From: Candidatus Nealsonbacteria bacterium
GTDB taxonomy: Bacteria; Patescibacteriota; Minisyncoccia; Minisyncoccales; MHMH01
Direction: 5' to 3'
Assembly (NCBI GenBank): GCA_016181965.1
Contig: JACOYH010000003.1
Coordinates: forward strand, 1,013 to 65,012
DNA: 64,000 nucleotides
Shown piece after piece: positions 1 to 8,290 of this stretch. Each line of letters starts with the position of its first letter. Position 1 is the stretch's first letter. The position numbers and the translations under genes are program-made. The notes beneath the pieces were generated by a model. That model had not been told where the DNA came from, did not search any database, and saw only the letters and a program-made list of their open reading frames with translations.

Positions 1-569
1 AGGATTTGTACGCTGAAATCTTGGAGAATAAAGGGTTGGTGATTTCCGAATATGAAGGCGAAATGCAGCCGGTTACATGGACATACCCGCAGAGAAATAG
101 AATTGTGGCCGGACTTTCCAAAGCGACCTTGGTGGTGGAGGCGGGCGACAAAAGCGGCTCTTTGATTACTGCTCGATTGGCCCAAAAATTCAAAAGAAAA
201 TTATTTGTAGTGCCCGGCCCCATTACCAGCGAAAACAGCAAGGGAATTATGCAGTTGATAAAAGAGGGCGCGACGCCCGTAAGTTCGGCGAACGAGGTGA
301 TAAGCGAGTATCCGCTTCGAAAACAGAATTTTGGAAAATCTTCTCCCCCTAGTCCCGCTTCGCGGGACCCGCGCCCTAACCCAGATTTTCAAAATTCGTT
401 TTCTACGCTTGAAGATAAAATTCTGCAACAATTGCAAAGAGAGCCCGGAGAAATTGATTTATTGGCGAGAGTGTTTTGTCTGCCGGTATCAAAATTAAGC
501 ATGACATTATCAATAATGGAGTTAAGAGGCATTATTAAACAAGAAGGAAATAAATATTATGTTAATTAA
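1..569 (+). CDS. dprA: DNA-processing protein DprA, C-terminal part (5' end is outside the window)
   Basis: ORF open to the window edge. DprA core motif YPQRNRIVAGLS...LVVEAGDKSGSLITA, followed by a winged-helix-like tail. Confidence 0.85.
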   Translation, partial: DLYAEILENKGLVISEYEGEMQPVTWTYPQRNRIVAGLSKATLVVEAGDKSGSLITARLAQKFKRKLFVVPGPITSENSKGIMQLIKEGATPVSSANEVISEYPLRKQNFGKSSPPSPASRDPRPNPDFQNSFSTLEDKILQQLQREPGEIDLLARVFCLPVSKLSMTLSIMELRGIIKQEGNKYYVN

Positions 570-2100
570 AGTTCAATCGGCGGCGATAAGGGGATTAGAT
601 ACGATTGGCGTGGATGTGGAGGTTAATGTGGCGGCTAAGGGACTGCCGGGGTTTGACATTGTGGGGTTAGCCGACAAGGCGGTGGATGAAAGCCGCGAGC
701 GCGTTAAGACGGCTATCTTAAGTTCGAGAATAGAATTTCCACAAAAGAAAATTACTATCAATTTGGCGCCGGCTGATATTCCCAAAGAGGGTTCGGTGTA
801 TGACTTGCCGATTGCCGTCGGGCTTTTATCAATTTTAACCGGCTGTCAGGCGCCGCCAAAATCACTTTTTTTTGGCGAGTTGTCTTTAGACGGTTCCTTA
901 CGGCACACCAAGGGCGCGCTTTTGATGGCGCTGTTTGCCAAAGAAGCCGGTTTTGAAAATGTTTTTGCGCCTAAGGCCTCGGCTAACGAAGCGGCCGTTA
1001 TTAGCGGCATTAAGGTTTTTCCGGTTGAAAATCTGCGCCAGCTTTTGAATCATTTTGCAGGAAAGCAGTTGATTGATGTGGCATTAACACCCGGTGTTTC
1101 TCCGTCAACACCGGGTGTTTACTCCGAGGGAGAATTTAATATGGCCGAGGTTTTAGGGCAAGAGCAGGCCAAGAGGGCAATGGAAATTGCCGCGGCCGGC
1201 GGACATAATATATTAATGGTAGGCAGTCCGGGAGCTGGCAAAACAATGCTGGCGAGAGCGCTGCCCGGCATATTGCCTTCGCTTAACGAAGGGGAATCGC
1301 TTGAGGTAACAAAGATTTTTTCTTCAGCTGGCCGTATTCCAGTCGGCGGCTCGTTAATAAGAGTCAGGCAATTTCGCTCGCCACATCACACGACCTCGCC
1401 CGTTGGATTAATCGGCGGGGGAACAAGACCGCAGCCGGGCGAAATCAGTTTGGCCCATCGCGGCGTTTTGTTTCTTGACGAGTTCAATGAATTTCCGAGA
1501 TCGGTGTTGGAAGTTCTGCGCCAGCCGCTGGAAGACGGCTTTGTGACAATTTCAAGAAGCAAAGAAAAAACAATGTATCCTGCGAGGTTTATGCTGGTGG
1601 CTTCGGCCAATCCTTGTCCCTGCGGTTACTTAAATCATCCCAAAAAGAATTGCATTTGCCTGCCCCGGCAAATTAAAAAGTATCAGAAAAGAGTTTCGGG
1701 GCCATTGTTGGATAGAATTGATTTGCATATTGATGTGCCGCCGGTTGAGGTCAATGAATTGTCCGGCAATCAAGCGGCCTCGGATTTTTTGGAGCCGTCC
1801 AGCGCAATTAGAGAAAGGGTGGTTTCGGCGCGAAAAAAGCAAGAGGAGAGATTTAAGGATGACGCACTCTATGTAAATGCCGAAATGAGAAACAGACATA
1901 TTAAAAAATATTGCCAACTATCAAAAGAAGCAGAGCAAATTTTACAGCAGGCAGGGATAAAGTTTCAGCTGTCGGCGCGGTCTTATTTGAAAATGATAAA
2001 AATTGCCCGGACGATTGCCGACTTGGCTGGCGCGCCTGAAATAGAAGTCAGCCACATGGCCGAAGCTCTGCAGTATAGGCCCAAAAATTATGAAGAATGA
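559..2100 (+). CDS. comM: Mg-chelatase-like AAA+ ATPase ComM/YifB
   Basis: 513-aa ORF with Walker A GSPGAGKT, Walker B LFLDEFNEF and a ChlI-type C-terminal domain. Overlaps the dprA stop by 11 nt. Confidence 0.9.
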   Translation: MLIKVQSAAIRGLDTIGVDVEVNVAAKGLPGFDIVGLADKAVDESRERVKTAILSSRIEFPQKKITINLAPADIPKEGSVYDLPIAVGLLSILTGCQAPPKSLFFGELSLDGSLRHTKGALLMALFAKEAGFENVFAPKASANEAAVISGIKVFPVENLRQLLNHFAGKQLIDVALTPGVSPSTPGVYSEGEFNMAEVLGQEQAKRAMEIAAAGGHNILMVGSPGAGKTMLARALPGILPSLNEGESLEVTKIFSSAGRIPVGGSLIRVRQFRSPHHTTSPVGLIGGGTRPQPGEISLAHRGVLFLDEFNEFPRSVLEVLRQPLEDGFVTISRSKEKTMYPARFMLVASANPCPCGYLNHPKKNCICLPRQIKKYQKRVSGPLLDRIDLHIDVPPVEVNELSGNQAASDFLEPSSAIRERVVSARKKQEERFKDDALYVNAEMRNRHIKKYCQLSKEAEQILQQAGIKFQLSARSYLKMIKIARTIADLAGAPEIEVSHMAEALQYRPKNYEE

Positions 2101-2120
2101 AGAAGAGGGATAAAAAATGA

Positions 2121-2145
2121 AAACAAAAACCCCGCTTTCGCGGAG
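2121..2145 (-). terminator. Rho-independent terminator oriented for the minus strand
   Basis: The minus strand reads CUCCGC-GAAA-GCGGGG followed by UUUUUGUUUU. The plus-strand reading has only a poor U tract. Confidence 0.5.
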
Positions 2146-2190
2146 TTTCTGCGGTCTTAACAGAGTGTTAAGAACCGGGCTTATCACCTG
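2121..2190 (-). ncRNA. Candidate ~70-nt small RNA, or second piece of the tRNA-like element
   Basis: Lies downstream of the TTGACA-16-TATACT box. Contains UGAUAAGCCCGGU, a perfect complement of 2290-2278, then a 7-bp hairpin (2173-2155) and the terminator. Confidence 0.3.
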
Positions 2191-2195
2191 CCATC

Positions 2196-2223
2196 AGTAT
2201 AGCATTTCGTAATTGTCTGTCAA
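2196..2223 (-). promoter_or_regulatory. Sigma70-like promoter on the minus strand (TTGACA-16 nt-TATACT)
   Basis: Minus strand has TTGACA at 2223-2218 and TATACT at 2201-2196. It sits 16 nt after the CCA end of the tRNA-like domain. Confidence 0.45.
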
Positions 2224-2238
2224 GAGATACAAATTAGG

Positions 2239-2309
2239 TGGTGGAGGTGCCGGGAATTGCACCCGGAAGACCATGGATGATAAGCCCGGTCTCACACTTT
2301 GTCACCCCC
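2239..2309 (-). ncRNA. Alanine-type tRNA-like domain (tmRNA-style acceptor stem and T-arm) without recognisable D or anticodon arms
   Basis: Acceptor stem GGGGGUG/CACCUCC is 7 bp with a G3:U70 wobble. A73 and CCA are encoded. T-arm is CCGGG-UGCAAUU-CCCGG. The 36 nt between do not fold into a cloverleaf. A TATAAT box lies 11 nt upstream (2326-2321). Confidence 0.6.
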
Positions 2310-2337
2310 GCCACGATTAAATTATATCACATAAACT

Positions 2338-2676
2338 ATGAAGCAATTTAATCTTACTACTGGCAGATTGGGAGAGAATATTGCTAAGGACTTTTTGGAG
2401 AAAAAGGGGTATAATATAGTTGAGCAGAATTATAAGACAAAATACGGAGAAATTGATATAATAGCCAAAAAGGGAAGAGAGCTGATTGTGGTGGAGGTGA
2501 GAACGAAAATAGGGGATTTGTACGGCACGCCGGAGGACTCGCTGACAAAACAAAAATTGCGTAAAATTTGGCTGAATGCAAGGGCCCGCGGCGCCGACAG
2601 AATTGACGCGGTGTGCGTAGTGCTGAAAATGGACAACAGCGTAGAGAGGATAAACCACTATGAGAACATTATTTGA
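2338..2676 (+). CDS. YraN-family (UPF0102) endonuclease-like protein
   Basis: 112 aa with the pattern GE..A..FL.KKGY.I...N.....GEIDIIA..G..L..VEV(R/K)T typical of YraN. Confidence 0.8.
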   Translation: MKQFNLTTGRLGENIAKDFLEKKGYNIVEQNYKTKYGEIDIIAKKGRELIVVEVRTKIGDLYGTPEDSLTKQKLRKIWLNARARGADRIDAVCVVLKMDNSVERINHYENII

Positions 2677-2728
2677 GGTTTACATTTATTTTGGTATAAT
2701 AATAATTAATTCATAATTAACTTAAAAT

Positions 2729-4972
2729 ATGTCCAAAATTCTCAATCAGGTAGTTAGGTGCAGTATTTGCGCGATTGTATTCTTAATGCCCCTTTTCTTT
2801 TTGCCCTTCAGTTTTGAGGCATTTGAATTCAACAAGCAATATCTTTTATTCTTTTTGACCACGGCGGCGCTTTTCGCCTGGCTGGCCAAAATGGTGATTT
2901 ATGACAAAGAAATCCGGTTTAAGCAGACATCTTTGGATATTTATATTTTGGCTTTCTTGGCCGCGGCTGTCGCCTCCGTCGTATTTTCCATCGATAAGAC
3001 CACGAGCTTATTCGGCCTTTACGGGAGGTTCAGCAATGGGTTGGTTGGATTGGCGTCTCTCGTAATTTTGTACTTCTTGACTACCAACAATATCGGGGAA
3101 AATTTGAAAGTCGCGAAACTGCTGAATATTTTCCTTTGGGCTAGCGGCATAGTCGTTTTTATGGCTTATTTTTCAATTTTCGGCATTTGGGCAAAAATGG
3201 CGACTTGGCTTGCTTTGCCTCCCATCATGCAGCAAGTTAACTTCAATCCCGCGGCAGGTTCTTTGGAGGGGCTGGCTGTCTTTCTAGCTGTTGTTATAGG
3301 TTTGCTGATTGGGCTGATGACGAGCTCGATAGACCAGTCCAGAAAAACCGGTTTTTGCTGGTGGCTGCTGCTTTTGGCGTCTTTGGGCATAATGCTGATT
3401 GTGGATTTTGGCGCGGCTTGGATAGTGCTTTTATCAACACTGGTTTTGTATGTCGGCTTTAGTTTGTGGAAAAGAATATTTAAGGAAAGCGTTAACAAAC
3501 TGCTGATACCAATTTTCTTGATTATTGTTGCCATTGCCGCCATGCCCTCCGACCCTGCCGCAACAATTTTTGGCAGTGATTCCGACCTGGCAAATCTGCC
3601 GCAAGAGCAGGTTTTGTCGCAGCAAAATTCATGGACCGTAGCTATCAATTCCGCTACCGACAACGTTAAGAGTATTTTTGTCGGCTCCGGGCTGGCAACA
3701 TTTCAACACGACTTCGCCAAGCACAAATCGTCCGGTATGAACAATTCCTGGTTGTGGCAGATAAGGTTTGACAGGGCGGGCAATCATTTTGCCGAAACGC
3801 TTGCCACCGCGGGGTTCGTCGGGTTTCTCCTATACCTTACCGTAATCGGTCTTTTCCTGATGATGGGATATTTGCTGATGCTCGGCATCAAAAATATTTC
3901 ACAGGCGTATCCATTCCAAATACCATTGATGCTGGCATTTCTTGCCTTAATAGTAAGCCAGTTTGTTTATTACCAAAACGGCGTTTTGGCTTTTGCCTTC
4001 TGGCTCGTACTGGGCTTGAGCATGGTAAGCTGGCGAAAGCCCATTAAAGAAAAAGTAATTTCCTTCAAGGATTTTCCGGAGTTGTCGCTTATACTTTCCA
4101 CGATCATGATTGTTTTGGGGGTTGCCGCGCTCGTTCTGTATTTTTTCGCGGTGAAATTTTATCTGGCCGACGCCAATTACAGAAACGCCTTGAGTTTATT
4201 GGGCCAAGAACGCACTGCTTTGGTGGAAAAAGCAGCGACATTAAATCCATATTTTTCGCGCTACCGGGTGGAACTCTCAAGAACCTATTTATATGAGGCG
4301 CTTTTAGAATTTCAAAAGCCGGAAGCAAGCCGAAATGTCGCCCTTATTCAGACGAAGATTTCGGCCGCTATTGACCAAGCCAGGCGAGCGACCGATTTAC
4401 AGGCCAGCGTTATTACTTGGGAGAACTTAGGCGTTGTTTATCGCGAGGTATCGGGCATAGCCAACGGAGCGCTTGATTGGGGAATCAAATCGTTCGAAAC
4501 AGCTCTGCAATATGAGCCGGCTAACCCGGTGCTTTACACCGAGTTGGGAAGATTGTATCTTACGAAAGGAGACACCGAAGGCGCTAAGAACCAATTTAAC
4601 AAAGCAATCGAAGTAAAAGCGGATTACGCGGAAGCGCACATTCAGCTGGCCCTGCTTTTGGAAAAGGAAAACGGCCTCGCTGAAGCCATTGCTAATCTTG
4701 AAAAATTGGCCGAACTCAATCCTCTCAACGCCGATGGGCGCTTTCAGCTGGGCCGGCTTTACTTCAACGACAAGCAAACCCAAAAAGCTATTGAGCAGTT
4801 TCAGCTGGTAACTTTGCTGGTGCCCGATTATTCCAACGCTTATTACGCCTTGGGCATAGCATACGCTTCGCAGGGCAATAATGAGCAGGCAATTCAGGCG
4901 TTCGAGATGGTCTTAAAGCTTAACCCCGGCAATCAGGACGTAATTCAAAAATTGAATGAATTACGGCAATAG
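2729..4972 (+). CDS. Polytopic membrane protein (O-antigen ligase/Wzy-like) fused to C-terminal TPR repeats
   Basis: 747 aa. About 12 hydrophobic helices, then several clear TPR units (for example AYYALGIAYASQGNNEQAIQAFEMVLKLNPGN). Confidence 0.6.
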   Translation: MSKILNQVVRCSICAIVFLMPLFFLPFSFEAFEFNKQYLLFFLTTAALFAWLAKMVIYDKEIRFKQTSLDIYILAFLAAAVASVVFSIDKTTSLFGLYGRFSNGLVGLASLVILYFLTTNNIGENLKVAKLLNIFLWASGIVVFMAYFSIFGIWAKMATWLALPPIMQQVNFNPAAGSLEGLAVFLAVVIGLLIGLMTSSIDQSRKTGFCWWLLLLASLGIMLIVDFGAAWIVLLSTLVLYVGFSLWKRIFKESVNKLLIPIFLIIVAIAAMPSDPAATIFGSDSDLANLPQEQVLSQQNSWTVAINSATDNVKSIFVGSGLATFQHDFAKHKSSGMNNSWLWQIRFDRAGNHFAETLATAGFVGFLLYLTVIGLFLMMGYLLMLGIKNISQAYPFQIPLMLAFLALIVSQFVYYQNGVLAFAFWLVLGLSMVSWRKPIKEKVISFKDFPELSLILSTIMIVLGVAALVLYFFAVKFYLADANYRNALSLLGQERTALVEKAATLNPYFSRYRVELSRTYLYEALLEFQKPEASRNVALIQTKISAAIDQARRATDLQASVITWENLGVVYREVSGIANGALDWGIKSFETALQYEPANPVLYTELGRLYLTKGDTEGAKNQFNKAIEVKADYAEAHIQLALLLEKENGLAEAIANLEKLAELNPLNADGRFQLGRLYFNDKQTQKAIEQFQLVTLLVPDYSNAYYALGIAYASQGNNEQAIQAFEMVLKLNPGNQDVIQKLNELRQ

Positions 4973-4983
4973 AGATCGTTTCT

Positions 4984-5031
4984 GGTTGAAGCCAGGCTCT
5001 AACCGAGTTCGGTTAGAGCCTGGCTTCAACC
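4984..5031. repeat. REP-B: 48-nt perfect palindrome (23-nt arms)
   Basis: GGTTGAAGCCAGGCTCTAACCGA-GT-TCGGTTAGAGCCTGGCTTCAACC. Related copies lie at 55367-55408 and, rearranged, at 32978-33002. Confidence 0.9.
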
Positions 5032-5042
5032 AACTTAAGGAC

Positions 5043-5070
5043 TTGACAGTTTTTTACAGGCGAGTATAAT
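5043..5070 (+). promoter_or_regulatory. Consensus promoter upstream of rpoB (TTGACA-16-TATAAT)
   Basis: TTGACA at 5043-5048 and TATAAT at 5065-5070. The rpoB start codon (TTG at 5076) is only 5 nt downstream. Confidence 0.6.
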
Positions 5071-5075
5071 ACTAT

Positions 5076-8000
5076 TTGTTCGTATCTTTTTTTGACCGGC
5101 CTGCCGCCAGGCAGGTTTTGAAAACTTTTTTGCAGATAAAATATTTCAATAAGTCACACGTTCAACTTCCTCTCCCTTACCTTCTGGATGTTCAAACGGA
5201 GTCGTGGAAGAACTTCTGGGCAAATGACCTAAGGGACTTGCTCGCAGAGGTCTCTCCCATCCGCGACTACACCCGAAAGGAATTAGAACTTTGGTTTTCC
5301 GATTTCAAGCTCGACGAGCCCAAATACAGCACTGACATTGAAGCCAAATTCAATAATGATTCTTATGAGGCGTCATTAAGAGTCAAAGTCAAGCTGGTAA
5401 ATCTGAAAACCAAGGAAATTAAAGAGCAGGAGGTCTTTTTGGCCGATGTTCCCCTAATGACAGAAAGGGGTACTTTTATTGTTAATGGAGTTGAAAGGGT
5501 GGCCATTTCCCAGCTGATTCGTTCGCCCGGCGCTTTCTTTACAGCTAAAGCGCATGGCGGAAAAAATTACTTCGGCGCAAAGATTATTCCAAACAGAGGG
5601 GCTTGGCTGGAATTCGAGACAGAGTCGTCCGGCTTTATCGGCGTCAAAATTGACAGGAAAAGAAAAGTCGCGGTTACCACTTTACTGCGCGCTTTTGGGG
5701 TGGAAAATTTTCCTGAACTCTTCGGTAAAGATATTAAGGCGACCTTGGAAAAAGACACTACGCACAATCAAGCCGAAGCGGTAGTCGAAGTTTATCGCCG
5801 GTTGAGGCCGGGCGACTTGGCCACCCCCGATACCGCCAAAGAGCTCATCAATAATATGTTTTTTAATTTTGAAAGGTATGACCTTTCAAAAGTCGGCCGT
5901 TGGAAAACAACGCAGCGCTTGCCGGCTCTTAAAGCAAAAAAAGAAGAAATCACTCCGGAGGACAGGGTGCTCAAGCCAGAAGACGTTATTGAGGTGATTA
6001 AGGAAATTATCCGCCTTAACAACACGCCCGATGCGCGACCGGACCAAATCGACCACTTAGGCAACCGAAGGGTCCGACGGCTGACCGAGCTTTTGCAAAA
6101 CAGAATGAGAGTGGGCTTTATGAGAATGGAAAGGAATATCAAAGACAGGATGTCAACCCTAGACACCAATACTATCACTCCATCGCAGCTTATCAACCCA
6201 AGGCCGGTGATGGCTATAGTTAAAGAATTTTTTACCGCTTCGCAGATGTCGCAGTTTATGGATAACGAAAATCCTTTGGCCGAATTGGAACACAAAAGAC
6301 GATTATCGGCCACCGGCCCCGGCGGACTAACAAGAGAGAGAGCCGGCTTTGAGGTGAGAGATGTTCAGCCGTCGCATTACGGCAGAATTTGTCCTATTCA
6401 AACGCCGGAGGGCCCCAATATTGGATTGGTAGGCCACCTTTCCGGCTTTGCCCGTATCAACGATTACGGTTTTCTTGAGACGCCCTATTTCAAGGTAGAT
6501 AAGGGCAAGATTACCAAAGAGGTTCATTATCTTAATGCTTACGAGGAGGAGAAATATAATATTGCGCATGGCGGCGTTAAGGCCGACGACAAAGGTAAAA
6601 TCCTTGCCGACAAAGTAGAGGCCCGTCTTAAGGGCGAACCGGGCATGGTAGAAAAAGAAAAACTTGATTATATTGACGTTTCTTCCGAGCAGTTTATTTC
6701 TCTGGGAACTTCTTTGATTCCATTTTTAATGAACGACGATGCCAACCGCGCGTTGATGGGTTCAAATATGCAGAGGCAGGCAGTGCCGCTTGTAAAACCA
6801 CAGCGGCCGATTGTCGGTTCTGGTTTGGAAGAAAAAGCGGCCAAGGATTCCGGACAGGCAGTAGTTGCTAAAGAAGACGGAACTATTCTCGAGTCCGACT
6901 CTCAGCGCATTGTTTTCAAGCCGAAAGCAGAGGGCTCAAAGCCCGTAACTTTTCAGTTACGGACTTTTGTCAGAACAAATCAATACACCTGCTTCCATCA
7001 AACGCCCCGCGTTCTTCCCGGACAAAAGGTGAAAAGGGGAGATGTTTTGGCTGACGGCGGAGCGATTGAGGGCGGGGCCTTGGCATTGGGAAGCAATGTT
7101 TTTGTTGCTTTTATGCCTTGGCGAGGCATGAATTTTGAAGACGCCATTGTTATTTCAGACCGTTTGGTTAAAGAAGATGTTTACACTTCAATACATTTGG
7201 AGGATTTCACTTGCGATGTCCGCGAGACGAAGCTTGGCCCCGAAGTGACCACTTCAGATATTCCAAATGTCGGCGAAGAAAAATTGAAAGACCTTGACGA
7301 GGAGGGGGTAATTAGGGTTGGCGCGGAAGTTGGCCCCAACGATATTTTAGTGGGGAAAATTTCGCCCAAAGGCGAAGCCGATTTGACCGCGGAAGAACGG
7401 CTTTTGCGCGCCATCTTTGGCGAAAAAGCCAGAGAAGTTAAAGATACGTCTTTAACTATGGAACACGGCAAAAAGGGCAGAGTAGTGGGAGTGAAGATTT
7501 TTTCCCGCGACCTGGGGCACCGTCTGGAACCCGGGATTATCAAAAGGATTCAAGTGGAAGTAGCGCAAATGAGAAAAATCAATGCCGGCGACAAATTGGC
7601 GGGCCGCCACGGAAACAAGGGAATAGTTTCGAAAATTCTGCCCGCTGAAGAAATGCCTTTTACAGCCGACGGCACGCCGGTGGATATTATAATCAATCCC
7701 TTGTCGGTGGCTTCGCGTATGAATATCGGCCAAATTTTGGAAACGCATTTGGGCTGGGCCGCCAAAAAACTCGGCTACCTTGCTTTTACTCCGGCGCTTT
7801 CCGGCGCAAACGAAAACGATATTAAAGAAGAATTGAAAAAGGCCGGTCTGCCGGAAGACGGCAAGACCGCTCTTTATGATGGCAAAACCGGTTTGCCTTT
7901 TCCTGAAAAAATAACTGTCGGTTGGATATATATGATGAAGCTGATACATATGGTGGAAGACAAAATACATATGCGTTCGATTGGGCCATATTCGCTGATT

Positions 8001-8282
8001 ACCCAGCAGCCATTGGGCGGAAAGGCGCAGTTTGGCGGCCAGAGGTTTGGAGAAATGGAGGTCTGGGCCTTGGAAGGTTACGGTTCTTCATATTGTCTGC
8101 AGGAAATGCTGACCATTAAGTCGGACGATGTGCCGGGCAGGGCCGCCACTTACGAAGCGATTTTAAAAGGGGAGCCCATCAGGAATCCGGGCGTGCCGGC
8201 TTCGTTTAATCTGCTTGTTGCCGAATTGAAATCAATGGGCTTGGCCGTGGAAGTGAAAGAAAAAATAAAAGAAGAAAAATAA
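5076..8282 (+). CDS. rpoB: DNA-directed RNA polymerase subunit beta
   Basis: 1068 aa with conserved RpoB blocks (SQLSQFMD-like SQMSQFMDNENPL, GRHGNKGIVSKI, EDKIHMRSIGPYSLITQQPLGGKAQFGGQRFGEMEVWALE). The exact start is uncertain. Confidence 0.95.
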   Translation: MFVSFFDRPAARQVLKTFLQIKYFNKSHVQLPLPYLLDVQTESWKNFWANDLRDLLAEVSPIRDYTRKELELWFSDFKLDEPKYSTDIEAKFNNDSYEASLRVKVKLVNLKTKEIKEQEVFLADVPLMTERGTFIVNGVERVAISQLIRSPGAFFTAKAHGGKNYFGAKIIPNRGAWLEFETESSGFIGVKIDRKRKVAVTTLLRAFGVENFPELFGKDIKATLEKDTTHNQAEAVVEVYRRLRPGDLATPDTAKELINNMFFNFERYDLSKVGRWKTTQRLPALKAKKEEITPEDRVLKPEDVIEVIKEIIRLNNTPDARPDQIDHLGNRRVRRLTELLQNRMRVGFMRMERNIKDRMSTLDTNTITPSQLINPRPVMAIVKEFFTASQMSQFMDNENPLAELEHKRRLSATGPGGLTRERAGFEVRDVQPSHYGRICPIQTPEGPNIGLVGHLSGFARINDYGFLETPYFKVDKGKITKEVHYLNAYEEEKYNIAHGGVKADDKGKILADKVEARLKGEPGMVEKEKLDYIDVSSEQFISLGTSLIPFLMNDDANRALMGSNMQRQAVPLVKPQRPIVGSGLEEKAAKDSGQAVVAKEDGTILESDSQRIVFKPKAEGSKPVTFQLRTFVRTNQYTCFHQTPRVLPGQKVKRGDVLADGGAIEGGALALGSNVFVAFMPWRGMNFEDAIVISDRLVKEDVYTSIHLEDFTCDVRETKLGPEVTTSDIPNVGEEKLKDLDEEGVIRVGAEVGPNDILVGKISPKGEADLTAEERLLRAIFGEKAREVKDTSLTMEHGKKGRVVGVKIFSRDLGHRLEPGIIKRIQVEVAQMRKINAGDKLAGRHGNKGIVSKILPAEEMPFTADGTPVDIIINPLSVASRMNIGQILETHLGWAAKKLGYLAFTPALSGANENDIKEELKKAGLPEDGKTALYDGKTGLPFPEKITVGWIYMMKLIHMVEDKIHMRSIGPYSLITQQPLGGKAQFGGQRFGEMEVWALEGYGSSYCLQEMLTIKSDDVPGRAATYEAILKGEPIRNPGVPASFNLLVAELKSMGLAVEVKEKIKEEK

Positions 8283-8290
8283 TTCATACT

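Noticed and set aside
2170-2187. AGAACCGGGCTTATC resembles the RNase P RNA 3' conserved block (ACAGAACCCGGCUUAUC)
   Set aside because: No GAGGAAAGUCC-type partner block or other RNase P conserved regions lie within reach, and the upstream space is occupied by comM. I treat it as coincidence.
2239-2309. Ordinary tRNA-Ala gene
   Set aside because: The acceptor stem, G3:U70, A73, CCA and T-arm fit. However, the element is only 68 nt without CCA, and no 5-bp/7-nt anticodon arm or D arm can be drawn from the internal 36 nt.
2100-2337. Standard one-piece or known circularly permuted tmRNA (ssrA)
   Set aside because: Only 237 nt are available. The P2-like partner strand lies after the CCA rather than before the T-arm. 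No pseudoknots were recognised and no tag frame ends in the usual Ala-Ala. The element order is not a circular permutation of the canonical order. It is kept as an open finding, not as an ssrA call.
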